A stretch of DNA of 64,000 nt from Lepidodermella squamata (taxonomy: Eukaryota > Animalia > Gastrotricha): positions 744,001 to 808,000 of the forward strand of contig JBLDXI010000001.1 in the NCBI GenBank assembly GCA_047495785.1. The letters run 5' to 3'. Positions 25,667 through 42,121 of the stretch are shown one piece after another. The position numbers and the translations under genes are program-made. The notes under the pieces were generated by a model, which saw only the letters and a list, made by a program, of their open reading frames with translations, ran no database searches and had not been told where the DNA came from. Positions within the stretch are counted from its first letter, which is position 1, and each line of letters begins with the position of its first letter.

Positions 25667-26868
25667 AAAAGTTTAAATCTATTGAAAAAATCGACTAGAC
25701 AGGCCGTTCATTGCGTGAGAAATGCGATGGGATGTAATATAAGGTTGTTAGTGTAAGAAAATGTTCGTTTTTGGAGTAGCTTTTTTAGCATAGGTATAAG
25801 TAACATCCGATGCTTGACATAATATTACATATTAATGTAGTAGAAGTACCGATAACGATACCACGCGACCAATCGATGAACAAACGGGGGTGTACCTAAG
25901 CCTGAGAGGAAAAAACTAAGGCCGCTCGCTGCCGTGTTGTCTCGCCATTTAAAATTCACTACCCAACGGATAGCGCGCACAGGGCATGCGCGCGGTTTAA
26001 TAGGCGTGCCTTTTCTTACCAAATTCTATTGTCTTGTTATTATTTTCGCGCTTTTATACCTACAGACCATCGTCGCAATGACATTGGAGATTACGGCGAG
26101 TTTATTGTTATTTTATGCACATTTTTGTCTCTTGCAATCTTCGCTTTATTGAAGGTATATACTGGCCTTAAGCGTTACTTCTGGGTGTTATTTCACCTTT
26201 TTCATCTTCATTGTCAAATATAGCATGTCCCTACTGAACCGAACAGCTGGTGGTCGTAATGAGGTAAAATCTACCACTAATTACCCCTTCGAAGAAAAGA
26301 AAATTTGGCCTGGTTTGAGCTGGGGGTAGAAGCCGACAGGGTTATTACGTTCCATCTTCAAGATTATTAGCCACACGTGCATTGCCGGGGCGGCACCGCG
26401 CGCTCGCCTATTAAGGCGGCTCGCGAGCGACAACAATAGGTGAGTGCGAAGTACAGGTAATATCAAACCGGGTCGACAACAATAATTACGCGCGGGCCGA
26501 ATATAACGAATCGATAAGATTATATTACTTACTACACGCGGATCACTGTTGTAGCATATTTATTATTAAAACTTCTACGATTATCAACGTCCCTCTCTTA
26601 TTTCCTCTGAAACTTTCAGGTATTAAGCTAATAAATAAGTGTCGGATACTACTAAGCCCAGTGACAGTAAATAATTATAATAACGCAATCGCCATGTCCT
26701 CGCTGGCCTCATTCGCCCTCATTTTATAGTCGCAACTTCAATCAGCGGCACACGCAAGGCCGATGCCTTATTATTTATTATCTTTTACCGCTGCTAATAA
26801 TGCCATCGCCGAGTTTCAACATTGTCTTGTTTTAATTTTCCTTGAATTTTCAAAAATAGATATTTTGA

Positions 26869-30987
<4,119 letters not shown>

Positions 30988-31394
30988 CAGAAAACGATAT
31001 AAGACACAGACCATCTCCGGTAACAATATTTCTCCTCCGGCAGTGTTGGCTTCTTTCAGACTTCTCGTTCGCTATTTCTCCCAGCTCTACCTCAAAAAAA
31101 CTGCGAAATGTTTGCTCCCTGATCTTTTTGCATTCCTTTGATAGATACGATATTGTATAATTGTTATAGACTTTCAGATTATTATTCTATGTTTTCAATC
31201 GTTCTCTTTCTTTCTGTCGAAAGTTTGTTATATAGCTGGAAAAATTTAAAAGAGCGGAAAAATAAACTAAAAATTGAGATATTTATTCAAGGTGTAATAA
31301 TTGCAGAATCAATATTGTATAAATTGGTATAAAATGATTAGGACAAGAATTGAAATATAGGACTGAAATAACGAATAATTAGGCGCTGGTTCAT

Positions 31395-32660
31395 TCATTT
31401 TGGTGACAAGCAAAATGGCGGTGTAGAGGTTGTAAATCCGTAATAAGCGCCAGGTTTAGCAGCCAAGAACGACCAATAGCCCATAGGAGGCGCCTGGGCG
31501 CATTTCGGTTTGCAATTTCCTTTAACGAAATCTTCCAGCGATACACAAGGGCAAAAGTTGTTAAAGGCGCATTTGCGGTCTAGATCTGGCTTGTGAATAA
31601 TCGACTCAGCGAATAAAAGCGGCGCCCTGTGATGGGAACACGCCAGTGCGTCTTCAATGTTCTCGAAAGGATTGAACCCAGAGGTTATTTCAACAGGTTT
31701 CCCAACTTCGCGACGTCTTAAACGACGCCGCTTCGACAGTATGATACAGCCAGGTTGCCACTTGGCATTATTCGCGTAAAAATCGACAGTTCCAATAGGC
31801 CGCTCGAGCCCGAGTCGGGATGTATGTAGAGTGTCTACATATAAGGCATCGCTTCGGTCCAAACGCGCCGTTGGGTCATTTTTATTGAAATGAAGATCGG
31901 CTGGGTCGAGGCCAGTCACCCGAGCGATTTTTGTGGCGTTGTATCGCTTACCGAAAAAGCCGCAAACGTGGGAACCAAGAGAAAATCCGATACAGTGAAT
32001 TTTAGTCGGGTCCAACTTCGGATTCGACTGGACAAAATCAGCCAAACAGTCTCCTACAACGCGAGTGTTGCTGGCGGGCTGTAAATTTTTCAGGTATAAT
32101 TCAATCTTCAATCTCGAAGAATTATTAGTAAAACAACCTGTGCGTATGGATTGACATTGTAGTGGAACGCGGCTCCCTTGGCCCATTCGACGTAAAGAAT
32201 GTGAATATTCGGCTGCAATTTATCAAATAATTTAGGGGTTGAACAACAGGGGATTCTAATGAATTTTTACCTTCATGGTGAAAAGAGCATTGACGATCGG
32301 TTCGTGCCAGCTTTTCGTGTTTTCAAACGTGTCCAGCCAACCGTGAACAAGGATAACCAAGTCACCCTGATCATTGCTCAGATCACCGCTGCTTGTAATC
32401 ACACGAGATGAGCTTTTATTCGCCGATTGATCGAAAGTGAACAAATGATAAGTTGGCCCAATTACAAGCGGATTCTCCGGGAGCGGCAAATCATCGAACG
32501 GCGGCGCTGTCGAATAGCAATGCGACGTTGCTGGAGTAATCAAAGACTGGTAGCAAACATCTTTCGGACTCGCCGCAGCTAAATTCTGCTGGCTTTCGTC
32601 AGCCCGTGCGAGTTGTAAAAATTCACAATAAAATGCGCAAAAAATTGCTAGTAACTTCAT
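31395..32660 (-). CDS. Secreted pancreatic-lipase-family lipase #2
   Basis: Signal peptide, [27 protein letters not shown] and QPGC...CSH. Ends in PPFC. Confidence 0.88.
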
Positions 32661-33220
32661 AGTTCCTATTTAAAATGAGAAAGCATGTGGAAAAGTTTGA
32701 AAAATATTATATGAATGAAGGCGCGTGGCGACTGTGTATTACGCTGGTGCGGTCAACTGACTCAGCTCTTCATCAACATTTTGATCACGACCGCATGTTA
32801 TCATGTGATTCCTTATCTTACTAGGTATACCGCATAGCCAAGCAAATACCTAATATATGCGGTATTTTAACAGTAAACATCGGCCTCCGTGTATTGTTTG
32901 GCATAGATAACGTAACAAAATAATATACACGAGCGGGCTGCAACTGAAAAATAAACTGTCGATCTCAACACTTGGATGCTTTCGTGATTGAACTGAAAAA
33001 CTTGTACCGAAAATTCCCGCGCAAACCGAGCCTACACACACATGCGTGCCGCAAAAAATGGGGTTTAAAGTTTCTGTTGCGTAACACTAGGCACAATAAT
33101 AAACGTTGGGACAATCGACTCTCATAAAATTTTAGAAATCTATTTCGGCTAAGATAAGCTCCTTTTTCAAAATACACAATTCATCGGTAAATCTTGGTAT
33201 ATTTTTTATTGTAAATTGTA

Positions 33221-34421
33221 TCATATGCAATATGGAGATGTTCCTTTGAGATCGCCGTAAAATGTCCCAGTCTTATGTCTCTCTTCATGTGACCAATAAC
33301 CAATTTGCTGCTTCTCGCCTGAGGAGCAACTGGAACATTTTAGCCGCAAGAAGTCTGTAACAGACGGGCAGGGGCAGAAGTTGGCGAAAGAGCAACCGGG
33401 CCGGCTTTTCGCTAGAATCGTTTCGGCATAGATCAAAGGCGCTCGGAGGTGCGAGCATGCGAATAATTCCTCAATTCCTAGCGTAAACTGTTCTACAAAT
33501 CCGATTAAGGCATTATGCCGCCGATGCCGCTTGCTTCCGTGCCCACATCCGGGCTGATAGACGCCGTTAGACACATAGAAGTCAACATGCCCCACCGGCC
33601 GCTCTAATCCTAGCCGCGACGTGTGGATAACGTCGACGAACATCGCGTCGGTCTTGTCGAGTCGCGCTGCGGCGATCGGCGAGTCGAAGTACGGATAAGC
33701 GGGATCGAGGGCACTGATGCGGGCCCAGCCGCCCTCCATAGCCGCTTCCTCGCGAAATCGCTTGCCGAGAAAGCCGCAAACATGAGCGCCGACACTGAAG
33801 CCGATGCAGTGGCTTTTAGTTGCGTCGAATTGGTCGTTTTCCAGTAGAAAACTCCCGACAGCCCATGCGATACTACGCGTATTCGCTGAAATTTGCGCGT
33901 ATGGATCTGAGCTGAAATGAATCGCTGAGCCTTTCGACCATTCAACGAATAGAACATCTATCTCAGGCTGTGAAATTTCAAAATCAGAAATGTTATAGAA
34001 TTATCGCAAACTCCACCTTAATCGTAAGAATATTTCGGATGATTGGTGTTTGCCAGACTTCTGAATTCGGAAAATCTCCCATCCATCCGTGGACGACTAC
34101 AACTAGACCGCTTTCAGCCAAGTTTCGAAGTTCGCGGCTACTTGATATTATTCGCCGTGCATATCCGCCCATTGCCGATGACAAGCTTCGATACAAGTGA
34201 TAGCTAGGAGCGATTTCGGTGAAGGGATCTTGCGGCAGAGGCATCGACTCGAACGGCTGCTTGTCATTTGAAAAGCACTTGCGCAACTTTTCGGTTCCAT
34301 AACAAATGGACGCAGCGTCGGCACTATGTATCAATTCAATTCAGAGAGAAATGAAAGAGAGTAATTATAATATAAACCTCAAACAGAAAGAAAAGAGCGC
34401 CCAGAGGTGATAATGGAACAT
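33221..34421 (-). CDS. Secreted pancreatic-lipase-family lipase #3
   Basis: Signal exon MFHYHLWALFSFCL, VHGWMG, HCIGFSVGAH, LDPA, VDVIHTS and QPGC...CSH. Confidence 0.87.
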
Positions 34422-34577
34422 CTCGTTATATAGTTTTACAAACAAATTTTGAGTTGAACAAAAAACGGCAAAGGTTAAAGTAAACAGCGCTATTTACTTG
34501 TCATATTTTTGCGAGATACCATAAACAAAGGAAGCCTTGAAGATAATCACAGCACTACGATGTGGCTTGTCAAAAAT

Positions 34578-36045
34578 TCATTTATGTGCCGGTGATGAAG
34601 TGAATGTCAAAAGCGAGGCCGATTTGCAAAACGGGCTTGCTGCATTGGTTTCGCCGAAAAAGATGCCTGTTTTCGCTGGGAAATCTTGCACCGACCAATA
34701 TCCGAATGTTACACTGTCGCAATTCATAGAACACATTCTCGACTGCCATTCCGGGATTGAATTGCATCGGCAATATGCTGAGTGACAAGGAAATAAAATG
34801 CTCTCCGCAAATAGCTCCGTCACGCGGTAATGGCTGCAAAATGCCACTTTTCCAGTCACACTGCCAATTGAATCGACTAGTTGCGAAAATATATTTCGTG
34901 GACGGCGGCTTCCCCGTGCAAGCCAATGGACACAACCCGGCTGACTTTTTGCCGGAGGGTTAGGGTAGAAGTCGATGTGACCGACCGGTCTTTCCAAACC
35001 CTGAAAGGGCAATTTTCAGACAAATTATGACATTTTATTCAATGTTATACAGCTTTCGAAGTATGGATTACGTCCACGAAATCTGCATCTTGGCTTGAAA
35101 CTCGAGCGTCGTGGTCGTCTCTGTCGAAAGTTAAGCCAGCGGGATCTAAAGCCGTTATTCTACCCCAGCGAATTCGCTGCTCTCGCCACATTCTCTTGCC
35201 AGCGAACCCGCAAATATGGGCTCCCATACTGAAACCTAATTAAGACGTAAGTAGATGAAAAAATAAGATAAGATTTGAAGAGTGAAACCGATGCAGTGGA
35301 TCCTAGAAAAGTTGAAGTTGCTGCTTCGCTTTCTGTCGTTCCACATCATCGGCGACTGAAGGAAGAAATCTGCTAATTTGTCGCCAATCACGCGAGTATT
35401 TGCCGCTGCTTGGGCCCAAGGTTGTCGCCCCAATTGTGCCGCGGCACCTTTCGCCCATTCCACGAAGATTATAAGCATGTGAGGCTTCAAACAAATTTAA
35501 TAAAAATAGAATACTTTTTCCAAATTTACCTTTATTCTTAGCAAATTTCTGACGATGGGATCTCGCCACATGGCAGTGTTCCGCCAATTTCCAGTCCAAC
35601 CGTGGATTAGAATAGTAATGTCTCTTTCATCCTTTCGTGTCCCGCCGGAACCAGTTTTGCCAGAATGATCTATTATGAGGCCGGCGTCAGGTATCGGCAA
35701 GCGGACGCTTTGAACCTGAGTTTAAGAACAAGGGCGATCGCTGGAAGAATAAAAAATGGAAGAGAAAGAGAACCTCACCAGACGATTGATTAATCACAAT
35801 AACGTGAAAAGATGGATTGATCACATCCGAATGCTCGGGCAGTGGCATGCCATTGTACGGCTCTTTGTCCGAGTAACAAATTGGACCAATCAAAGCACCG
35901 AGAGTATTTCTACGAGGATAGCATAGCTCCTTCGCGAAACTGCTATGCAAAACTTCTCGTTGACTTGTGGGAAATTTCGACAATGCGCTTACCAAATGGA
36001 AAGAAGCGGGCTGATCAACACACATATTCTCGCTTTGATCGACAT
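34578..36045 (-). CDS. Secreted pancreatic-lipase-family lipase #4 (recent duplicate of #5)
   Basis: MSIKARICVLISPLLSI, IHGWTG, HCIG|FSMGAH (extra intron 35236-35288), LDPA and QPGC...CSH. Confidence 0.86.
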
Positions 36046-36960
36046 AAATGTTCGCTGTTATTTCAAGCAGTTATAATAACTACTATTGTAGTCGGTCATT
36101 TTACTCGAGATGTTCTTTGTTAATGTAACTCTTACGCGCTGCGTCAAATAATCATCATTGTTGAATTGACATTTGTCTTCTTTTTATTTATTTCGCATAA
36201 TTTCAAGATTTTATTTGTACAACATTCCGCCTCGCGGCGCACATTAGGTGAGATAAAGTATGCCACGGTGACTGAGTAAAAGTAGTAAATTCGCAGGCAT
36301 TTCTTTTTAGAAAATTCGGAGGGCATTGAGGACTTGATACACAAAATATTAAAATGACTGTGTGGGCAGTTAATTGGTGTCAACAGCCAAAAGCTATCCA
36401 GTTTCTGGAATAAATTTCGAGTTTATATGCGAGCTTGGGTTGTTTTTCGATTTCGGTTGTCAAGTCAGTAGCTAGTGTCATAGCCGATATATTATTATGG
36501 TCAAGGTTATTGGCGATTCGAGTTATCTTGCGAAGTAGCGCTCAACGAATGTCTTGATGATTTCGTCCCGCTTATGAGGTGGTGACTCGGACAAAAGCGA
36601 TGACGTCAACAGCGGGGTGGGTTTCTTGGGGAAGGGCCCTCAGGCAGCATGCTACAAGGCAAGCAGACCCGGACAGGCACATCACAGAGCAGGATCGGGT
36701 CCAAAAGAGAATTGATGGAGTTTATCTGATTGGGTGAGCTGTTTCCGACAGGGAATAAGCCAGTAGCCTAACTTGGCGGCTCTTAACCTGCCTGTAGAGC
36801 TCTATGGCAATGCTGATGTTAATCTAGGATAACTGGCATCGATGAAGTTAGAAAGTTCAGCATCTGGTTAAGGTAAACCGCGCTATTTACTTCACAATTC
36901 ACAAATTTTTGCGAGACACAATAAACAAAAGAAAGCCTTGAAGATAATCACAGTTTTTAT

Positions 36961-38377
36961 TCATTGATGTGCCGGAGAAGTGAATGTCAAAAGTGAGAGC
37001 GGCCTGCAGAACGGACTTGCTGCTTTTGTTTCTCCGAAAAAGATGCCCGTTTTCGCAGGGAAGTCTAGTGCAGACCAATATCCGAATGTTACCGTGTCGC
37101 AATTATTAATACAAGCTTCCGACTGCCAGTCCGACATTGAATTGCATCGGCAATATGAAGAGCGACAGGGAAGTAAAATGCTCTCCGAAAATAGCTCCGT
37201 CGCTCGATAATGGCTGCAAAATCCCACTTTTTCGATCACGGTGGTTATTGATTCGTATATTTGCGAAAAAATATTTCGACGACGGCGCTTCCCCCTAGCT
37301 AGCCATGAGATGCAACCCGGCTGACTTTTTCCTGGAGGATTAGGGTAGAAGTCGATGTGGCCGAGTGGTCTCCCAATACCCTGAAAGAGACATTTTTTTT
37401 AAACTATGAAATTTCACTTCCAACGTTACAGCTTTCGAAGTATGGATTACGTCCACAAAATCTGCATCTTGGATTGAAACGCGTGCGTCATCATCGTCCG
37501 TGTCGAAAGTTACGGCAGTGGGATCTAGAGCCGTTATTCTGCCCCACCGAATTCGCTGCTCTCGCCACATTCTCTTGCCAGCGAACCCGCAAACATGAGC
37601 GCCCATACTGAACCCTATGCAGTGAATCCTGGAAAAATTGAAGTTGCTGCCTCGTTTTCTGTCGTTCCACATCATCGGCGACTGAAGGAAGAAATCTGCT
37701 AATTTATCGCCAATCACGCGAGAATTTGCCGCTGCTTGGGCCCAAGGTTTTCGCACAAGGTGTAACGCAGCACCTTTCTCCCATTCCACGAACATTAACA
37801 GCATGTCAGGCTTCAAAGCAATTTTAAAATAAAAATATACATTGAAATATGTTTTCAATTACCTTTATTCTATGCAACTTTTTGACGATGGGATCTCGCC
37901 ACATGGCAGTGCTCTCCCAATTTCCAGTCCAACCGTGGATTAGGATAGTAATGTCTCTCTCATCTTTTCGGGTCCCGCCGGAACCAGCCTGGCTGAAAGG
38001 ATTTATGATGAAGCCAGCATCAGGGATCGGCAAGCGGACACTTTGAACCTGATTTAAAAAAAGAGAGAGGTTGAAGAATAAGAAACGGAAGGGGAAGAAA
38101 ACCTGCCCAGAGGATTGATTGATCACAATAACGTGAAAAGTAGGGTTGATCACATCGGGATGCTCCGGCAGTGGCATGCCATTGAACGGTTCTTTGTCAG
38201 AATAACAAATTGGGCCAATCAATCCGCCGAGAGTATTTCGGCGAGGATAGCAAATTTCCTTTGTAAAACTAGGCAAAAATCCTTCATAATGTTGGCAAAT
38301 TTTGTGGCACAACGCGTTTACCCAACGGAAAGTAAAGCACTGATCAACATAGTACATATCTTCGCTTTGATTGACAT
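36961..38377 (-). CDS. Secreted pancreatic-lipase-family lipase #5 (recent duplicate of #4)
   Basis: MSIKAKICTMLISALLSV, IHGWTG, HCIGFSMGAH, LDPT and QPGC...CSH. Nucleotide similarity to #4 extends into introns and the 3' flank. Confidence 0.86.
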
Positions 38378-38745
38378 AATTTCCACTGTTATTTCGAGCA
38401 GTTAATAATTACTACTAGACGGTTTCAACAGCCTTTCAGTATTTTCCAGCTCTGATGTGTCAAATGGGTGTGTAATTACGTAATATAAACGGCGCCGGAC
38501 ATGAGTGCGAAAAACTAACCCCTTCTTTTACAAAGCCAAAAAATAATCGCAGTGAAAAACCTACAAAAATCAGCCAATTTGAAACCCATAAATTATGTAT
38601 CTAGGTCATTTTATGTTTATGTTCATGTAACTCTTACGCGCTCTGACAAACCATCTACATCATTGTTGATTTCCCATTTTTCTTCGCAATATTTTTATTT
38701 CGTTGATAGTTGCATACATATTGGTTCAAGCTATTTTCGGTTTTG

Positions 38746-39836
38746 TCATGAAGAGATGGTATTTAGGGAGCAGTATGGCGCCTTGTCGGGTGTGCTGCCG
38801 TAGAATTCACCGCTGGCTGGTGATTTGAATGACCAGTAACCAGCTTGAGCGCTCTGCGATTCAAGGCAGCTCTTGCATTTGCCCGCTTGCACGGCTTTCC
38901 ACGATTCGCATTGGCAGAAGGTGTGTAGGCACCCGTCTGGCGGGTTTATTGAAGCAGTGAACAACTGAGGTGATCTCGAGTGATCACACGCTACGTTCCA
39001 GCAGCCAGGCTGCTGCTTCACGTCATTGACCCAGAAATCCTTATGACCGATTGCAAAGTAAAGACCTAATACAAAGAGGATTGGGTAAATCATACCTGAG
39101 ACTCATTTAAATAGGACTTACCGATGGTAGAGGTGTGTATTACGTCTACGTATTCGGCGTCTCCCTTATCGACGCGAGCATCCGCTCGGTCTGGGTTGTG
39201 AAAAGCCGGGGATGCTGGGTCCAAAGCAGTGATACGGCCAAATCGTTGCTCCATCCTCTTACCAGCAAATCCGCAAACATGAGCTCCCAGCGAAAATCCG
39301 ATGCAGTGGTAATTTGAGTGATCTGATTTCTCATCTTCGTTGAAAAATACGCCGAGAGCAGCTCCGATGGTTCGCGTATTCGACGCGGCCTGGCTGTACA
39401 GGGTCCAACCTGCCCCGGGGGAGGCACCTTTCGCCCAATCGACGACTATTACATCAGAGTTCGGCTTTACTTTGAAAAGCTCGCTGAACATAGGTTCAAG
39501 CCAGGAACTAAACGATCCGTTATAAGATTCGCTGAATCCATGAATTAGCAGATAAACATCGTCTCTTAATTCCTTACTGTTTGAGGGCCAATGTGAAATA
39601 TTGTTTCAAGGCTTGGTCAACTAGACTCACCCATCGTTGATGAGGCGGACTGGTTCGTTGAGCCGGTGCAGGTAATATTTGGCAGGTATTTTATTGTAAG
39701 GATCTTGTGGGACGGGTAAATGGCGGAAGGGTGCGTTTTCGTTGTCGAAACACCCCACTTTGTCGTAGCAAACTTTTTTCGCAGCTACGCCGCTTATCGC
39801 AAGGCCAAATAAAGAAATGAAGGGGAGGAATTTCAT
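38746..39836 (-). CDS. Secreted pancreatic-lipase-family lipase #6 (mini-lid)
   Basis: [49 protein letters not shown] and QPGCWNVACDH. Confidence 0.9.
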
Positions 39837-40288
39837 TGTTTAGGAACTAGCCCGATACTACCTTATGATGATAGAGTGGGGTAGCATATATAATGTGACT
39901 GCGGCGCTGGAATGAGGTCATAGTTATCTCTGCAGTTCATCCCGACGCAACGATATGATAACTGCAAGTGCGACGGTGGGGTAAAGGAAAATTCGCGACA
40001 CTTTTTTCAATGTAACATCACCCTTAAAAAACGGGGCATTTTTCCCACGTTCTTCGAGCGATATGGATGTAATCTTATCACAATATAGCAAATGGACGAA
40101 TGGCCGTTGCTTATCAAAACGACATCCGCATGAGCCCCAATATTTGGCACGAACTTTAAGTTTCTTACTCAACTCGAATTCTTGGTTGATAATTCTATAA
40201 TATGCATTTATTGGACAAGATTTCGGCTAAGCTCTTCAAAGTCATATGAAGAAATCATAGCTTTCCTTTGTGAAAATTCGAATCCTTA

Positions 40289-41398
40289 TTATTGCAAGCA
40301 ATACGGCGGCTGGCTGGTGGTTTTTCCGTAGAACTCCCCACGAGCCGATGACAGGATAGATCTATAGCCCAGCTCAGCGCTTAGGTGCGCGTCGCAGGTG
40401 AGGCATTGGCCTTTGTCGAGCAATGACCACGTCTCACATGGGCAGTAGAGGAAACTGCAACCAGGCGCAGGGTTGATAGATTCAGTGTAGAAATGAGTTG
40501 CCCGAACGTGACTGCAAGATGTGACAGCGCTGACTAAATCGCCGAAACCAGAAATATTATCATAACAGCCGGGTTGCTGCTTGATATTATTCATCCAGAA
40601 ATCGCTATCTCCGACCGGGAAATAGATGCCTGATAAATAAAATCGTTTTTAAAATGAATAGACAACAAAATATTGGAACCTACCCAATTTGGAAGTGTGG
40701 ATAACATCGACGAAATCAGCATCGCCAACAGCAACGCGGGCTTCCAGATTTTTCAGGGTGCTGAAACCGGGCGCAGCTGGATCCAAGGCAGAAATGCGGC
40801 CGAATTTATTGGTCATTGTTTTACCAGCAAAGCCGCAAACATGCGAACCAAGAGAAAATCCGATGCAATGATAAGTCGAGTGATCTTCTTTGCCGTCCTC
40901 GTTGAAGAAAACGCCAAGAGCTGCGCCGATGGTGCGCGTGTTCGAAGCAGCTTGGTTGTAGACGGAAAGGCCTTGAATGGCCTCGGCGCCCTTCTCCCAG
41001 CTAAGGACGATGACATCGGCGCGAGGCTTGACCTGCCACAATCGCTCAATCATATCCTTTTGCCAAGCTGGGTACGAAACGTTGTACGACTCTGTGAAGC
41101 CATGAACAAGCACGAAAACATCCTTGGCCAAAGATTTTCTGTTACACGGACATATTATTTACAAAATATTTGAATATTTCGCTACAATTTACCCATCGGT
41201 GATCGTGACAAGAGGTTGTCCGTTTCGGTGCAAATAGTAAGTCGGTGGAATCTGCTTGTACGGATCTTTAGGTAGCGGCAGGTGGTTGAAGGGAGAGCTG
41301 TTGTTGAAACAGCCAACTTTTTCGTAGCAGACCTTGCCAGCATGGGCAGTACCAGCCGCAAGAAGCAAAACGGCAGAAATTAGACCAATTGAACTCAT
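40289..41398 (-). CDS. Secreted pancreatic-lipase-family lipase #7
   Basis: Signal peptide, [28 protein letters not shown] and QPGC...CSH. Confidence 0.9.
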
Positions 41399-41472
41399 GA
41401 TGGTTTGAAGGTTTCAGTAAGATTCAGGTAAGATTCAGGTTAGACTATATTCTTGGCCAAAATTTACCCGGC

Positions 41473-41480
41473 TTTTATAG
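41473..41480 (-). promoter_or_regulatory. Candidate TATA box of lipase #7
   Basis: TATAAAAG on the minus strand, about 75 bp upstream of the ATG at 41398. Confidence 0.45.
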
Positions 41481-42121
41481 CCGCAACCGAGGCAAATGTC
41501 CCCGGTAAACGAGGCCGTCGGTCAATTTTTTTAGACATTTTATCTGCCCTGCACCGGTAAATTGTTATTTTCGTACATATGCGAAATAGCAGCTGTATAA
41601 GTTGGAAAAAATGGATATCGCACCAATGTACAACCTTATCGCTATATTCCCACGGTTGAATCACGCGTTATGTCCATTTTCTCAGGCTGAAATATTTCGT
41701 CCTTCTCTCAGACATAAATCCGCCCATTACTCAATTGATTGTTAACTTTCGAGAATTTGAGCAAAAAATTAACGCCTATAAGCCAATTCGATGTCTTTAG
41801 TCCGAGCCATAGTGAAAAGAACAAAGAATTTGAAGTTTAAAGGCTATAACACTGAGATAAGGTAAATTAGTTGAAAAGATGCAGCAAGGAAACAATTGGT
41901 AAATAGTCTAATCGATCAATCATTTAATCGATCAAGTTTATTTTCGCGACTGATTGTTAATTTTCGAATTTGCAAATCACACTTGCTCAGGTTATTTATT
42001 ATTGACTTTTATTATGATTTTCAACTCGCATTCGTAAAATACTTCATATAAAAATTTCACCGAAAAATTGAAACCGGATTAATTTTAGCACCTTGTTTAT
42101 AAGTTCTTTGATTCTGTTTTT

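Noticed and set aside
41412-41446. Three imperfect copies of TTCAGGTAAGA in the lipase #7 5' region
   Set aside because: A simple slippage repeat with no spacers, so not CRISPR-like.
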